A DNA stretch of 63,803 nt, counting the filler, from Octopus bimaculoides (lineage: Eukaryota): NCBI RefSeq assembly GCF_001194135.2. It is 7 parts of 7 records of this genome, joined end to end, with 100 filler letters (N's around TTAATTAATTAA, not from the genome) between each part and the next. Parts side by side here need not be neighbours in the genome. Positions count along the whole stretch, not along the records: positions 26,013 to 56,643 come from NC_068984.1; positions 56,744 to 57,845 come from NW_026349656.1; positions 57,946 to 60,489 come from NC_068988.1; positions 60,590 to 62,508 come from NC_068997.1; positions 62,609 to 63,803 come from NW_026433759.1; 2 more parts are not named here. One strand, 5' to 3'. Shown here one piece after another: positions 53,440 to 63,803 of the stretch. The stretch's first letter is position 1. The number at the start of each line of letters is the position of its first letter. The translations under genes and the position numbers were made by a program. The notes beneath the pieces are model-generated. The model searched no databases. It saw nothing but the letters and a program-made list of their open reading frames with translations, and had not been told where the DNA came from.

Positions 53440-53782
53440 CTTTACTTCCGTAATCATATGCTATATATTCTCAAATACTATAAACGAAATTGTGAACAGG
53501 TATAAATATAATAGTTTTACCGACTGACTGCGAGCGAAGAAACCTTAAATACGTGCTGTGATCCATATTACTATATTCCGATGAATAATTTATAAGAGGC
53601 GGTTTGTGTGTTTTTGTTTTTTTTTGCGAGAGAGGGAGAGGAAATGTCTGTTGGCATCTTATGCGCCAGCTGTTTTCTATAGTTGCACATAATGCAAATG
53701 GCATATTTTCTCAATGTTGCTAGTCATCAAATAATTGGGGATATTCTTCGTATACACCGGTCGGTGATTTACGAGTACGAGC
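53440..53782. promoter_or_regulatory. NR2C2AP promoter/5' UTR, possibly bidirectional
   Basis: Directly upstream of the NR2C2AP ATG. ETS-type ACTTCCG at 53444, locally raised CpG, and a minus-strand donor TCG|GTAAAA at 53521/53520. Confidence 0.55.
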
Positions 53783-53817
53783 ATGTGTTCATTAATCCAA
53801 GATAAAACAAGAGTCCG
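53783..53817 (+). CDS. NR2C2AP: NR2C2AP (TRA16) exon 1 coding part, MCSLIQDKTRV(R)
   Basis: ATG at 53783, open frame to a strong donor CG|GTAAGT at 53817/53818 (phase 2). It joins the phase-2 exon at 55990 to read ...TRVRVSSVLNR, matching the NR2C2AP N-terminus (human ...VSRVSSVLNR, recalled). Confidence 0.82.
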
Positions 53818-54196
53818 GTAAGTTTTATTCTAAGAAAAACTTCACAATACTGACAATATAGTTTTTTTTCCTTCTGCTGAATTGTTTTACAGTATTTTTT
53901 TTCTTTTTAAGCTTTTATTTTATTCTCATAACTTTATTACCCTTCTCGTTATTGTCTTATATCAAATAAAGAAATCATCTCGTAAAAAGTAATTGAGTTG
54001 TATTTTACCTAATGCTTCTTGTTAAAAAGTAGAATAAATATAAGGTGTTATAGTATTAATTAAGTTTATTTTCTTTGAATGTACCACAGTCATTTAATAA
54101 TCATTTTGTGATGTGCTTAGTTATATGAAGGACACTTAATTCATTGACCAGGCGTTGTATAATTAATGAAGCTAAGAAAGAGGCGGTGTCCGTGGC

Positions 54197-54369
54197 CAGT
54201 GTTGTCTTAAGATATGGGTGTACTGGGCAGTTGCTCGTGGGCCTATGGGTCTAGAAGTCCAGTTCTAGTCTATGTGTGTTCTGGTTTGCTCTCAAATTCT
54301 ATAGACAGCTGTGCGTTGCTATATCCAGGCGGTGGGGGTGGATCAATAATGTTGTTAAGACGGCCCTTG
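54197..54369. mobile_element. Decayed hAT-type MITE in NR2C2AP intron 1
   Basis: Ends CAGTGTTGTCTTAA and TTAAGACGGCCCTTG; a related remnant lies at about 44755-44915. No clear TSD. Confidence 0.5.
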
Positions 54370-55989
54370 TTACGGTTTTCGCAGACCCTGCGAGATTGAT
54401 GTTGTTAACGTTCCACTTTATCTGTTTACAAGTTGACGACTGATAAAAAGACATGTGCAAGGGGGATGAGTCGACATTCTAAAAAAGAATGGTTTGTGCG
54501 GAGCTTGGAAGTAGGTGGGCACAACGTGGGTGATTTGAGGGTATGTTGAGAGACATTGGCATAAGACCAGGATGGAACCCATTGTAACTGTAGTAGTAGA
54601 AAAGGCTGAGAGAGAGCACACCTGTGGCCTAGGCTGGAGCCTGCCTATGACTTACTTTATGATATTCAGTCGAGATGCTGTTATCTAGATACAGTTGAGG
54701 ATGTCTGTGTGTTTAAGTAGCAACGTTCCGATGTAGGAGCAGTACTCTATTGTAGTTGTATTGTTGTTTATGGGACTCATTACACTCATTACCAGTGGTC
54801 TAGCAATATCTAAGACTATGAGCTTTTTCTGTTTTACGATTACATTATCTCAAATAATATGATCTTCCCGCTTTTTGTCACATATCCTCCCATTTCGACA
54901 AGTTAACGTTGAAAGTTACCGTATCAAGGGAGGCAACTCTATTTTATCTCGATTGTGTAGTTTATGTTACTATGTACCAAATGTTTACTGTACCAAAAAT
55001 TAGATTTATTGATACAGATTCAAAATAGTTGAAAGTGTTAATTGTTGGAATCTATATTAATGGGGAAATGTTATAAAAAGGATTAAAATTCAAAGGCAGT
55101 GTGTATTGTTGCAAATATCGTAGCAAAGATGTTTAAATCATGGACAACTACAACAAAGATGGTGTTGCAAATTAATTTCATGAAAGTTTCTCTAACCTGT
55201 TGAGGTAACAGCTCATTTCTTGTGGAAATTAATGAGATTAATCATTTGCAGAGATGCTGTGGGGATTAGTGTAATATGAGCTTCAGGAGTTATTCCCCTT
55301 GCTAGAATATTTCCAATAATGTTGACCCATCTTGCATATCCACACTACTGGGTGACCACGAAATTTATAAACACTCATATCAAAGCTGAGAGAATGACTC
55401 CGTGATGTCCTTAAAAAAAATAATAAAAGGCGTTGGATAATGTAGTTCTTGTATATAAAATCACAGGAGGGTCATCATAAGTTTGTTCAATCACGGATTA
55501 GCTTGGAGCTTAAAAACAATCAGTAAAGTTAATACAGTGACACATTGTTTTTGGAAAATTTATGGACACTATTCGTCGTACAGTTTTGTGATGTAAAATG
55601 ATGGAAGAATGTGAACATTATTGATGAGGCTTACTTAAAATATCTATTGTTATTTTTTCTATTTATCAGAAGCATTGTTAGGCAATAATATCGAAAATTC
55701 CAATGCTTCAAGATAATACATGATTGGTTCAAAACAATGAGAATAAATTAGTATTACATTTAATAAAGAAATCTGAATACTACAGGATTAAATTACATAT
55801 TTTTTTTAAAAACACATACAGGCTTCTGCACAGGAGCACTAACTCTCAATAAGAAATGACTTGGGCTTTGATGATCTATCTCACTCATGTCAGCATGGAA
55901 AGTGAATGTAAAATGATGATGATGACTTGTTTCTTTTCTTTTCTTTCTTTTTGCAACCATTTATGGCAATGTTAAATTTTTGCTTTCAG

Positions 55990-56080
55990 GGTCAGTTCTG
56001 TGTTGAACCGTGATGTGAAGCAATTTGGTAAAAGTGGCCTCTTTGATTGTCGGGATGACACTTGCTGGAATTCAAGTGAG
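55990..56080 (+). CDS. NR2C2AP: NR2C2AP exon 2, (R)VSSVLNRDVKQFGKSGLFDCRDDTCWNSSE
   Basis: Acceptor ttttttgctttCAG| and donor GAG|GTATGG; 91 nt = 1 + 30 codons. The peptide matches the family motif VSSVLNR..xQFGKK.LFD...ETCWNSDQ. Confidence 0.92.
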
Positions 56081-56309
56081 GTATGGTGTAAAATAATTGC
56101 TGAACATAAGAGATTTAATACTATATCTGTTGTTATTGGATATAAGTCAGTTTTTTTCTTTTTTCTTTCTTCTGATATGCTTTAAATAAATGTTTCTTCT
56201 CTAGATTTTTCTGGGCCTCATATATTTTAGTTATGCTCTGTTAGATCATCTTAATTTTATTTGGCACTGTTGCTTTAAACATTGGTGATCTAATTTATCT
56301 CATTCAACT

Positions 56310-56643
56310 GTTACAAAGGTAAAGGTGACGCTTTAGATACAAATAATTACAGAGGCATCAAGCTGTTAGATCAGGTTATGAAAGTTATGGAGAGGGTCAT
56401 AGCCCAACTAATTAGGGAGCGAATCAATTTAGATGAGATGCAGTTTGGGTTCGTGCCAGGTAAAAGCACCACTGATGCTATATTTCTAGTGAGACAGCTG
56501 CAGGAGAAATACCTAGCCAAGGATAAACCTCTGTACCTGGCCTTCATTGACATGGAGAAAGCCTTTGACAGGGTCCCCCGATCCCTTATCTGGTGGTCAA
56601 TGAGGAAACTTGGGATAGAAGAATGGTTAGTGAGAGCTGTGCG
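56310..56643 (+). mobile_element. RTE LINE RT fragment inside NR2C2AP intron 2
   Basis: KVMERVIAQLIRERINLDEMQFGFVPGKSTTDAIFLVRQLQEKY...DMEKAFDRVP, uninterrupted until the N gap. Confidence 0.93.
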
Positions 56644-56743
56644 NNNNNNNNNNNNNNNNNNNNNNNNNNNNNNNNNNNNNNNNNNNNTTAATTAATTAAN
56701 NNNNNNNNNNNNNNNNNNNNNNNNNNNNNNNNNNNNNNNNNNN

Positions 56744-56782
<39 letters not shown>

Positions 56783-57259
56783 TACTCTCTAAGTCATCTC
56801 GGGTTTATCGCCCTTGTAGAACTCGGTACTGATGAAAGCCAGATCGCTAAAAACGCATTCATCGGTTTACAAAAGGTGCCCTGAGATGACTGCTTGTGTT
56901 TTAGTACCATTGACTAAAACGAAGATTTTCTCCACAGCAAACCGCAGTGAAAATGACCTCTCTACTAGTCGAATATGTCTCAAATATGTATATAAATATC
57001 GATACATACATACATACATACATACATACATACATACATACATACATACATACGTACCATACATCTTCACACACAACCCTCTTAATAATGTTGCCTTCGA
57101 CACCATCCTTCAAAACATTCCCCTGCTAAAAAAAGGACCACAGAATGAACTTAATCCTCCAAACACACACCATCATAAAACGCAAGAGACAGCCCAAATC
57201 TATGAAAAATCTCCTAACACAAGCCTGAATACGCTCAACTACAATACTGATTCCGTCAA

Positions 57260-57660
57260 TAAAAAAAAATGCGGAAGACCCAACTGTGGGATATGCGTCA
57301 ATTTAATTAAGGGATCAAAGTTCTCCTTCAAACAGGGACAACGTTTCACGGTGAAAAGTAGCTTCACAAGTGCTTCGGAGAACCTGATATACGCACTAAC
57401 CTGCTCTGGGTGTCAAGAGCAATACATAGGCCAAACAAAAGACAGTCTACGTCAAAGGATGGCTCTGCACAGATCCCAGATCAAAATTCCGAAAAACAGA
57501 AACATAGCATTCAGCCAACACATCAACATTTGCACCAATAACAAAAATCCAAGCTTCAGAATATTTCCCCCTCTATCAATTCAAGGACGATACAACCTGT
57601 AGGCTACGAATTAGTAAAGAGTCGTTCTCTATCACAAAATACTGACCCCCCTCTTGAACG
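57260..57660 (+). mobile_element. Penelope-like (Neptune-type) GIY-YIG endonuclease fragment
   Basis: CGRPNCGIC...FTSASENLIYALTCSGCQEQYIGQTKDSLRQRMALH. Confidence 0.88.
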
Positions 57661-58678
57661 CATCTACAACAAATGACATAGCCACCACCACTCACATGCA
57701 AATATTAAAAACAATACATTCAAAAGAGATATCTCAAGAATTCAATCACTACTACCATCCACAACAAATCACTTTCAGGGCACTTAACTATTTAACATCC
57801 TACTACTATCATACCACTCACGCATTCTTTTCTTCTTCTTCTTCTNNNNNNNNNNNNNNNNNNNNNNNNNNNNNNNNNNNNNNNNNNNNTTAATTAATTA
57901 ANNNNNNNNNNNNNNNNNNNNNNNNNNNNNNNNNNNNNNNNNNNNTATATATATATATATATATTATTTATATTATCATATGATTGAACGCCCCGCATCC
58001 ACTTCCAAGTCAGTTTTATCTTAATAATTTGGATGCGACACTTGTTCTATCCTAGTTCTCTTTCGTTTCTTTCTCTCTTATCGTTTCTCTAATTCTTTTT
58101 CTCTCCCTTTCGCCGTTCTGTGTCTGTCCCTCTCTCTCCCTCACTCTTTCTCCTTAGCTTTCTCGTTGCCCGTACGTGACCATCGGTCATCTTTCTTTTT
58201 CTAATTTGAATTTCTCTCTTTCCTCCTGATCAGCTGCAGGGATCAGACGCATTCTTGTCTGTCTCTTGTCAAAGCTTGTTTCACCAGCGTTCACCCCTTA
58301 CATCGTTTAGGCTTAGCAGCCCTTCCTGTTTGTTTTCACTGTCCTGTATTTGTTACCAACTTTGACCCGCCACAAAATCCTGAATTTTATTTAATTTGCT
58401 TTGGGAGAGCAGCTGTTTTGTCGAAGGCGTATCTTGTGAATTGCTTGAAATACGGAGTAGAAAAACAGCCAACAACTGATGAAGGATTGTTTTTTATGTT
58501 GCTTATCCTGTTTTCCATTTGTTTCTTTCGTTGTTCCAAAAAAGTTCGTATTCTATGTTTTCGTATTTCATGTTATTTACATTCTATGACGTCCTTTGCC
58601 CATATATGCATATGTATATACATATATGTATGTAAGTGTGTACATATATAATTGTATGTATGCATATATATATTATTC

Positions 58679-58729
<51 letters not shown>

Positions 58730-58938
58730 CTAGATATACATAAATAGATACATGCGAGCACGTATATATACAAACATGTATGTACATACATACATACATA
58801 CTCATACATGCACATGGATATACATACAGACATACATATATACATACATATATACACATATGAGACTGCATGCATCTATCAGGATGCACACTAGCTCAAA
58901 CTCAATCTCACGTATATTTGTATTGGTATTAAAAGTAA

Positions 58939-58986
<48 letters not shown>

Positions 58987-60095
58987 TGATGTAAATTGAG
59001 GCAAGCAATGGTGGAGATATAACAAATGTTTAAGCGTTATTCTATGTCAAGACGCTATATTACAAAAAATGAACAAATTGAAATTAAATTACTGCAAGAT
59101 TAATTCGATATAAACTAAAAGATATATCGCTATAAAGTTTGAACTGGCATATCTCGAACATTATTTGTTTAACGACTTTATCACACGAGAAAAGGAAAAC
59201 ACGACTGCATTAGATCTGGGTCATAAATTCATAATATAATATACATATATTAAATTCATAGTATATGTATATTATAGTCGTATGGTTCATACAATAAACT
59301 TACTGATCAAGTTATTGTCTTGAGACACTGAAATTAAATGAAGGACAATAATATTACAGTGAAATAAGCCGAACGACTATAATGCCTATGAAAATGAAAT
59401 ACAGAAACATTTCATGAAGAACATAAACATTTAGAGTAGATAAAATTGTTGTAAGTTTATATAAGCAGCTAAATAGAATTACACTTGAAGTGTTCTATTT
59501 AGTAATAAGTTTTTATATTATTCATGGTAGAGTCAGATGGGTAAAGCCAACTTGAACGATCGATTTAAGGCGCTCCGTTTTTAGCTGGAGGGAATAAGGA
59601 AATTATTATCAAACCAAATACTTGACCTAAATTGCAACACAGGTCTCCGCTCAAGCTACTCAACGATTAGGACATGGTGTGAAACAACGCTCTCTCGGAC
59701 ACAGATTCTATTCACCAAGATTTTCTGATAAAGCGTCGGTCGATCTTAGGCGGTTGTAGAACATACTAGCTCATTTTACTGTGCAAAGTAGGACTAAAGC
59801 TTACACTACATAAATGTAAAGCGAATTTTTAAGCATACAGCTAACTTTGTTCTGTAAATTTGTGATAGTTCACTTGCAAGCTTAGTCGCAAAATCTATGG
59901 AGTTGAGGTTTTGGACAGCTGAGTTAATCGTCCTGTTTCTCTAACGGCTTGTAGACATTCTGAGTTTCAAATAGGTATCTGAAAGACTTGAACTTTAGAT
60001 GATCGCATTCTTTTCACACGGGTAGTCATGATGGGTATAATGGGCTTCGTATATTTTATCCCAGTGTCACTTTGATGGCATGCACTGCTCTCTCG

Positions 60096-60131
<36 letters not shown>

Positions 60132-60154
60132 CATCATCATCATCATCATCATCA

Positions 60155-60204
<50 letters not shown>

Positions 60205-60489
60205 GTTCAGTAGTTTTATTTTTATAACGTGCAGTCACTTCACTACCGAGCGCAAGTCTGTGCGCCTTGGGTATGTGCTGTGGTTTGCTGTGGTGCTCTT
60301 ATGGTTACTGTATTGAAAGTGTTTTGCGTAGGATGTGTACAGTGCTCAGTAGTGCAATTTTCTGTATGTTATATATATTTGTAAGTCCTTGTGTTTTAGT
60401 TATGTATTTGTCTGAATATTTTTTTATTATAGCTAAGGCACCTACTATGATAGGAATTGTTTCTGTTTTTAGATTCCACATTCGAGTTA
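60205..60489 (-). mobile_element. R4/Dong-like LINE 3' end
   Basis: RMWNLKTETIPIIVGALAII...IQKIALLSTVHILRKTLSIQ*, then a 3' UTR and (TAA)n tail. Confidence 0.85.
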
Positions 60490-60624
60490 NNNNNNNNNNN
60501 NNNNNNNNNNNNNNNNNNNNNNNNNNNNNNNNNTTAATTAATTAANNNNNNNNNNNNNNNNNNNNNNNNNNNNNNNNNNNNNNNNNNNNTGTGTGTGTGT
60601 GTGTGTATGTGTCTGGGTGTATAA

Positions 60625-60826
60625 AAGGGGGTGTTGAAAATTTCCTGGCTTTGGATATAAGAAAATACAGGACGATCAGTTACTTATGATTTTATTCAGC
60701 ATATTCCCCTCTCAAATTTACACACTTATTGCAGCGGTCCCTCAGTTTTTCTAAGCCCTGTAAAAGTACTCGAGTGTTTGGGCCTCCACCCAGGACTTTC
60801 GAGATAACCTTAAAGTCCCCCCTCGT
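60625..60826 (-). mobile_element. Mariner-derived MITE
   Basis: Retains the transposase C-terminus LLQGLEKLRDRCNKCVNLRGEYAE*; a second copy in opposite orientation lies at about 23790-23990. Confidence 0.8.
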
Positions 60827-61129
60827 GTATGTACATACTTTTAGTTCGTTATGATATGTGGTTTGTGTGCCTGATGATATGTCTGCGGTATTTCGCATCA
60901 TATGAAACGATTAGTAGCACATAATAACATATCTATTAAATAATATTTATCTCACACCAGATGTTAATTTTTTTTTGCCTTACCATCATGTAACTGTACA
61001 TTGTATGTATGTATGTATGTATGTATGTATGTATGTATGTATGTATGTATATACATACATACATATATACATACATACATACCCGAGTAAGCACATGAAT
61101 GTAAAAGAAGGTGGAAAAAATAGCACTCG

Positions 61130-61324
61130 AAAGCTGCAAAAACGTCACAAAAATATCACAAGAAACTCTTAGTCAGAGTTTCACGTTCCCGTTCGGCGGG
61201 CAATTGTGATCAAAAATGAAATAAAATTTTTTATTCCATCCTTGATTACAACTGTCCGACGAACGGGAATGTGAATGTCTGTGTAACAGTTTTTGTGATA
61301 TTTTTGTGATGTTTTTACAGCTTT
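61130..61324. repeat. Imperfect foldback element (MITE-like)
   Basis: AAAGCTGCAAAAACGTCACAAAAATATCACAA and TTCCCGTTCG pair with CGAACGGGAA and TTGTGATATTTTTGTGATGTTTTTACAGCTTT. Confidence 0.75.
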
Positions 61325-61758
61325 AATAATAAAGTACACACACACACACACTCACACACGCACATATACTTATATATACATATATACATGCATACATTTA
61401 TATACGTGTGTGTATATATGTGTTTGTTCTTCTTTTTGTCATGCACCACTGCTTGACAATTGCTGTTGTTTTGTATACATCCGCCTAAATTAGAGGTTCG
61501 TTAAATAGAGACCAACAGAATAAGTGCTAGGCTTAAAAGTCAAAAGAAAGTGCTGGGATCGATCCACGGGAATATCCTAGCATGGCTGCAAGCCACTGAC
61601 TTAAACAAATAATAGATATGGATAAATAGAAAAATCGTTACTCGTATAATATTCGTAGAAGTATTTTTTGTATTATTTGATTTCATGTATATGGATATTT
61701 ACATTTAATTCCCTGCATTTATAGATCTGCAAAAAGTGCACCAATACATACAATCGTT

Positions 61759-61809
<51 letters not shown>

Positions 61810-62608
61810 GACACTATTTACACACATTGATTCGCACACACAAACACGTGTGTGTGTCTACGTGCGCGCGCGTTGTATGTGTGTTTATGTATGTGAACAG
61901 ACATAAAGAAGCTTAGCGGTGTGTATATAATCAAAATCTCATTCTCAACCATTTTGAGAACATAACATCATCGTCAACATCATTTCCAAAATTTGTCCTC
62001 TCAAAATGCTATTAACATTCGCATTTTCCAAAATCATTTTCTCACCCCTTCTTTCACTTCACACATCTTCGACCTTTGACATTCTATCTCGTTTCTCAAC
62101 ATCATCACACGATTTATTTGTTTTAACGGAATTACCAATTACTTCGTTTAAAACGCCTTTCCCGCTACAATATTCTAGTGTTTCTTTAGATTTTGAGGCA
62201 AATTCCCCTCCCTCTCCCTTCCTGTTTCTTTCTTTTTCATTTATTGTTCCACTTGTTCTTTAACCTTCGTACCTTCGCAGCATAAACACTTTGCTTTATT
62301 ATTCCTCTCTTCACTTCAACGCCAATCAAGTTTGAGAGGTCATAACGGTGGGGTGCGCATGTGTTGTACTTTTGTATGGTGTTGTATTATGCATAATAGT
62401 ATATGTGTGTGTACACTTAAATAGTTGAGTGCTTGTGAGCGAACGTGTGTGTGGGGGGTCTGCGTGTGTATGTGTGTGCGCGTACACACACACACACACA
62501 CACACACANNNNNNNNNNNNNNNNNNNNNNNNNNNNNNNNNNNNNNNNNNNNTTAATTAATTAANNNNNNNNNNNNNNNNNNNNNNNNNNNNNNNNNNNN
62601 NNNNNNNN

Positions 62609-63803
62609 GTACTGACGTACGTACGTTCTTTCTTTTATTCGTTCGTTCGATTGTTCGTCCTTTCGCTCGTACGTACCTTCATTCGTTCGTTCGTAATTAC
62701 GTACTTTAGTACGTTCTTTTGTTCCTTCGAACGTACGTAATTACGAACGAACGAACGTAATTACGAACGTACGTAGGAACGAACGAATGAACGAACGAGC
62801 CAACGAACGAGCAAATGAACGAACGAACCATCGAAATAACGAACGTACGTACGTACGTAGAATAGAACGAACGAAGGAACGATCAAACGATGAAATGATC
62901 GAACGAAGGAACAAAAGAACGAACGAAACGATCGAACGAAAGAACGAAAGTTTGAACGAAAGAACGTACGTGTGTACGAACGAACGAACGTACGATCTAA
63001 CGAACAAACGAACGAAAGAAATAGCGACAAAACGATAGTAAGTATGTAAGTACGATCGAACGAACATACGCACGTTCGTACGTACGTACGTTCGTACGTA
63101 CGTACGTACGAACGAACGAACGAACGTACGCACGTACAAACGTAAGGAAGAACGAACGAACGTACGTGGGAACGAACGAACGTGCGTAAGTACGTACGAA
63201 AGAACGATGGTACGTACGTAAGAACTAACGATCTAATGATCGAACGAACGATAGAACGAACGAAAGAAAGAACGTACGTACGTTATAACCTCCGTTTGAT
63301 CGTACTGACGTACGTACGTTCTTTCTTTTATTCGTACGTTCGATTGTTCGTTCGTTCGCTGGTACGTACCTTCATTCGTTCGTTCGTTCGTACGTACGTA
63401 CTTTCGTTCGTTCTTTTGTTCCTTCGAACGTACGTAATTACGAACGAACGAACGTAATTACGAACGTACGTTGGAAGGAACGTACGTTGGAACGAACATA
63501 CTTTGGAACGAACGAATGAACGAACGAGCCAACGAACGAGCGAATGAACGAACGAACCATCGAAATAACGAACGTACGTACGTACGTAGAATAGAACGAA
63601 CGAAGAAAGGATCAAACGATGAAATGATCGAACGAAGGAACAAAAGAACGAACGAACGATCGAATGAAAGAACACAATATTGAACGAACGAACGTACGTG
63701 AATACGAACGAACGTACGTGAATACGAACGAACGTACGTACATTCGTACGATCTAACGAACACACGAACGAAAGAAATAGCGAAAAATCGATAGTAAGTT
63801 TGT
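62609..63803. repeat. CpG-rich (GAAC/ACGT)-based satellite with a ~693-bp higher-order repeat
   Basis: GTACTGACGTACGTACGTTCTTTCTTTTATTCG starts at both 62609 and 63302, and downstream sequence is collinear. Confidence 0.9.

Overview
AT-rich, gap-ridden eukaryotic intron/intergenic sequence. The SINE/LINE families and extreme microsatellite density point to a coleoid cephalopod, probably Octopus (inference). Most six-frame ORFs are microsatellite or N-gap artefacts. Two host genes are supported. (1) NR2C2AP on +: exon 1 CDS 53783-53817 and exon 2 55990-56080, with compatible splice phases; later exons were not seen. (2) A failed-axon-connections (FAX/metaxin, GST-N-like) gene on -: one clear exon at 28969-29095, a plausible first coding exon at 43473-43504 next to a CCAAT/E-box promoter, and a weak candidate last exon at 16986-17185. 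The rest is transposon debris: RTE, R4/Dong-like and CRE-like LINEs, Penelope elements with minimal hammerhead ribozyme motifs, hAT, mariner and Merlin-like MITEs, and many tRNA-derived SINEs. The best second-look items are a 132-bp spacerless palindrome at the 5' end of an RTE insertion, a foldback MITE with head-to-head telomeric repeats, a CpG-saturated ~693-bp inverted higher-order satellite, a GGATTAA minisatellite, a tandem repeat carrying CTCF-like motifs, and a candidate AG|GT recursive splice site. I cannot show a definitively new biological system from sequence alone.
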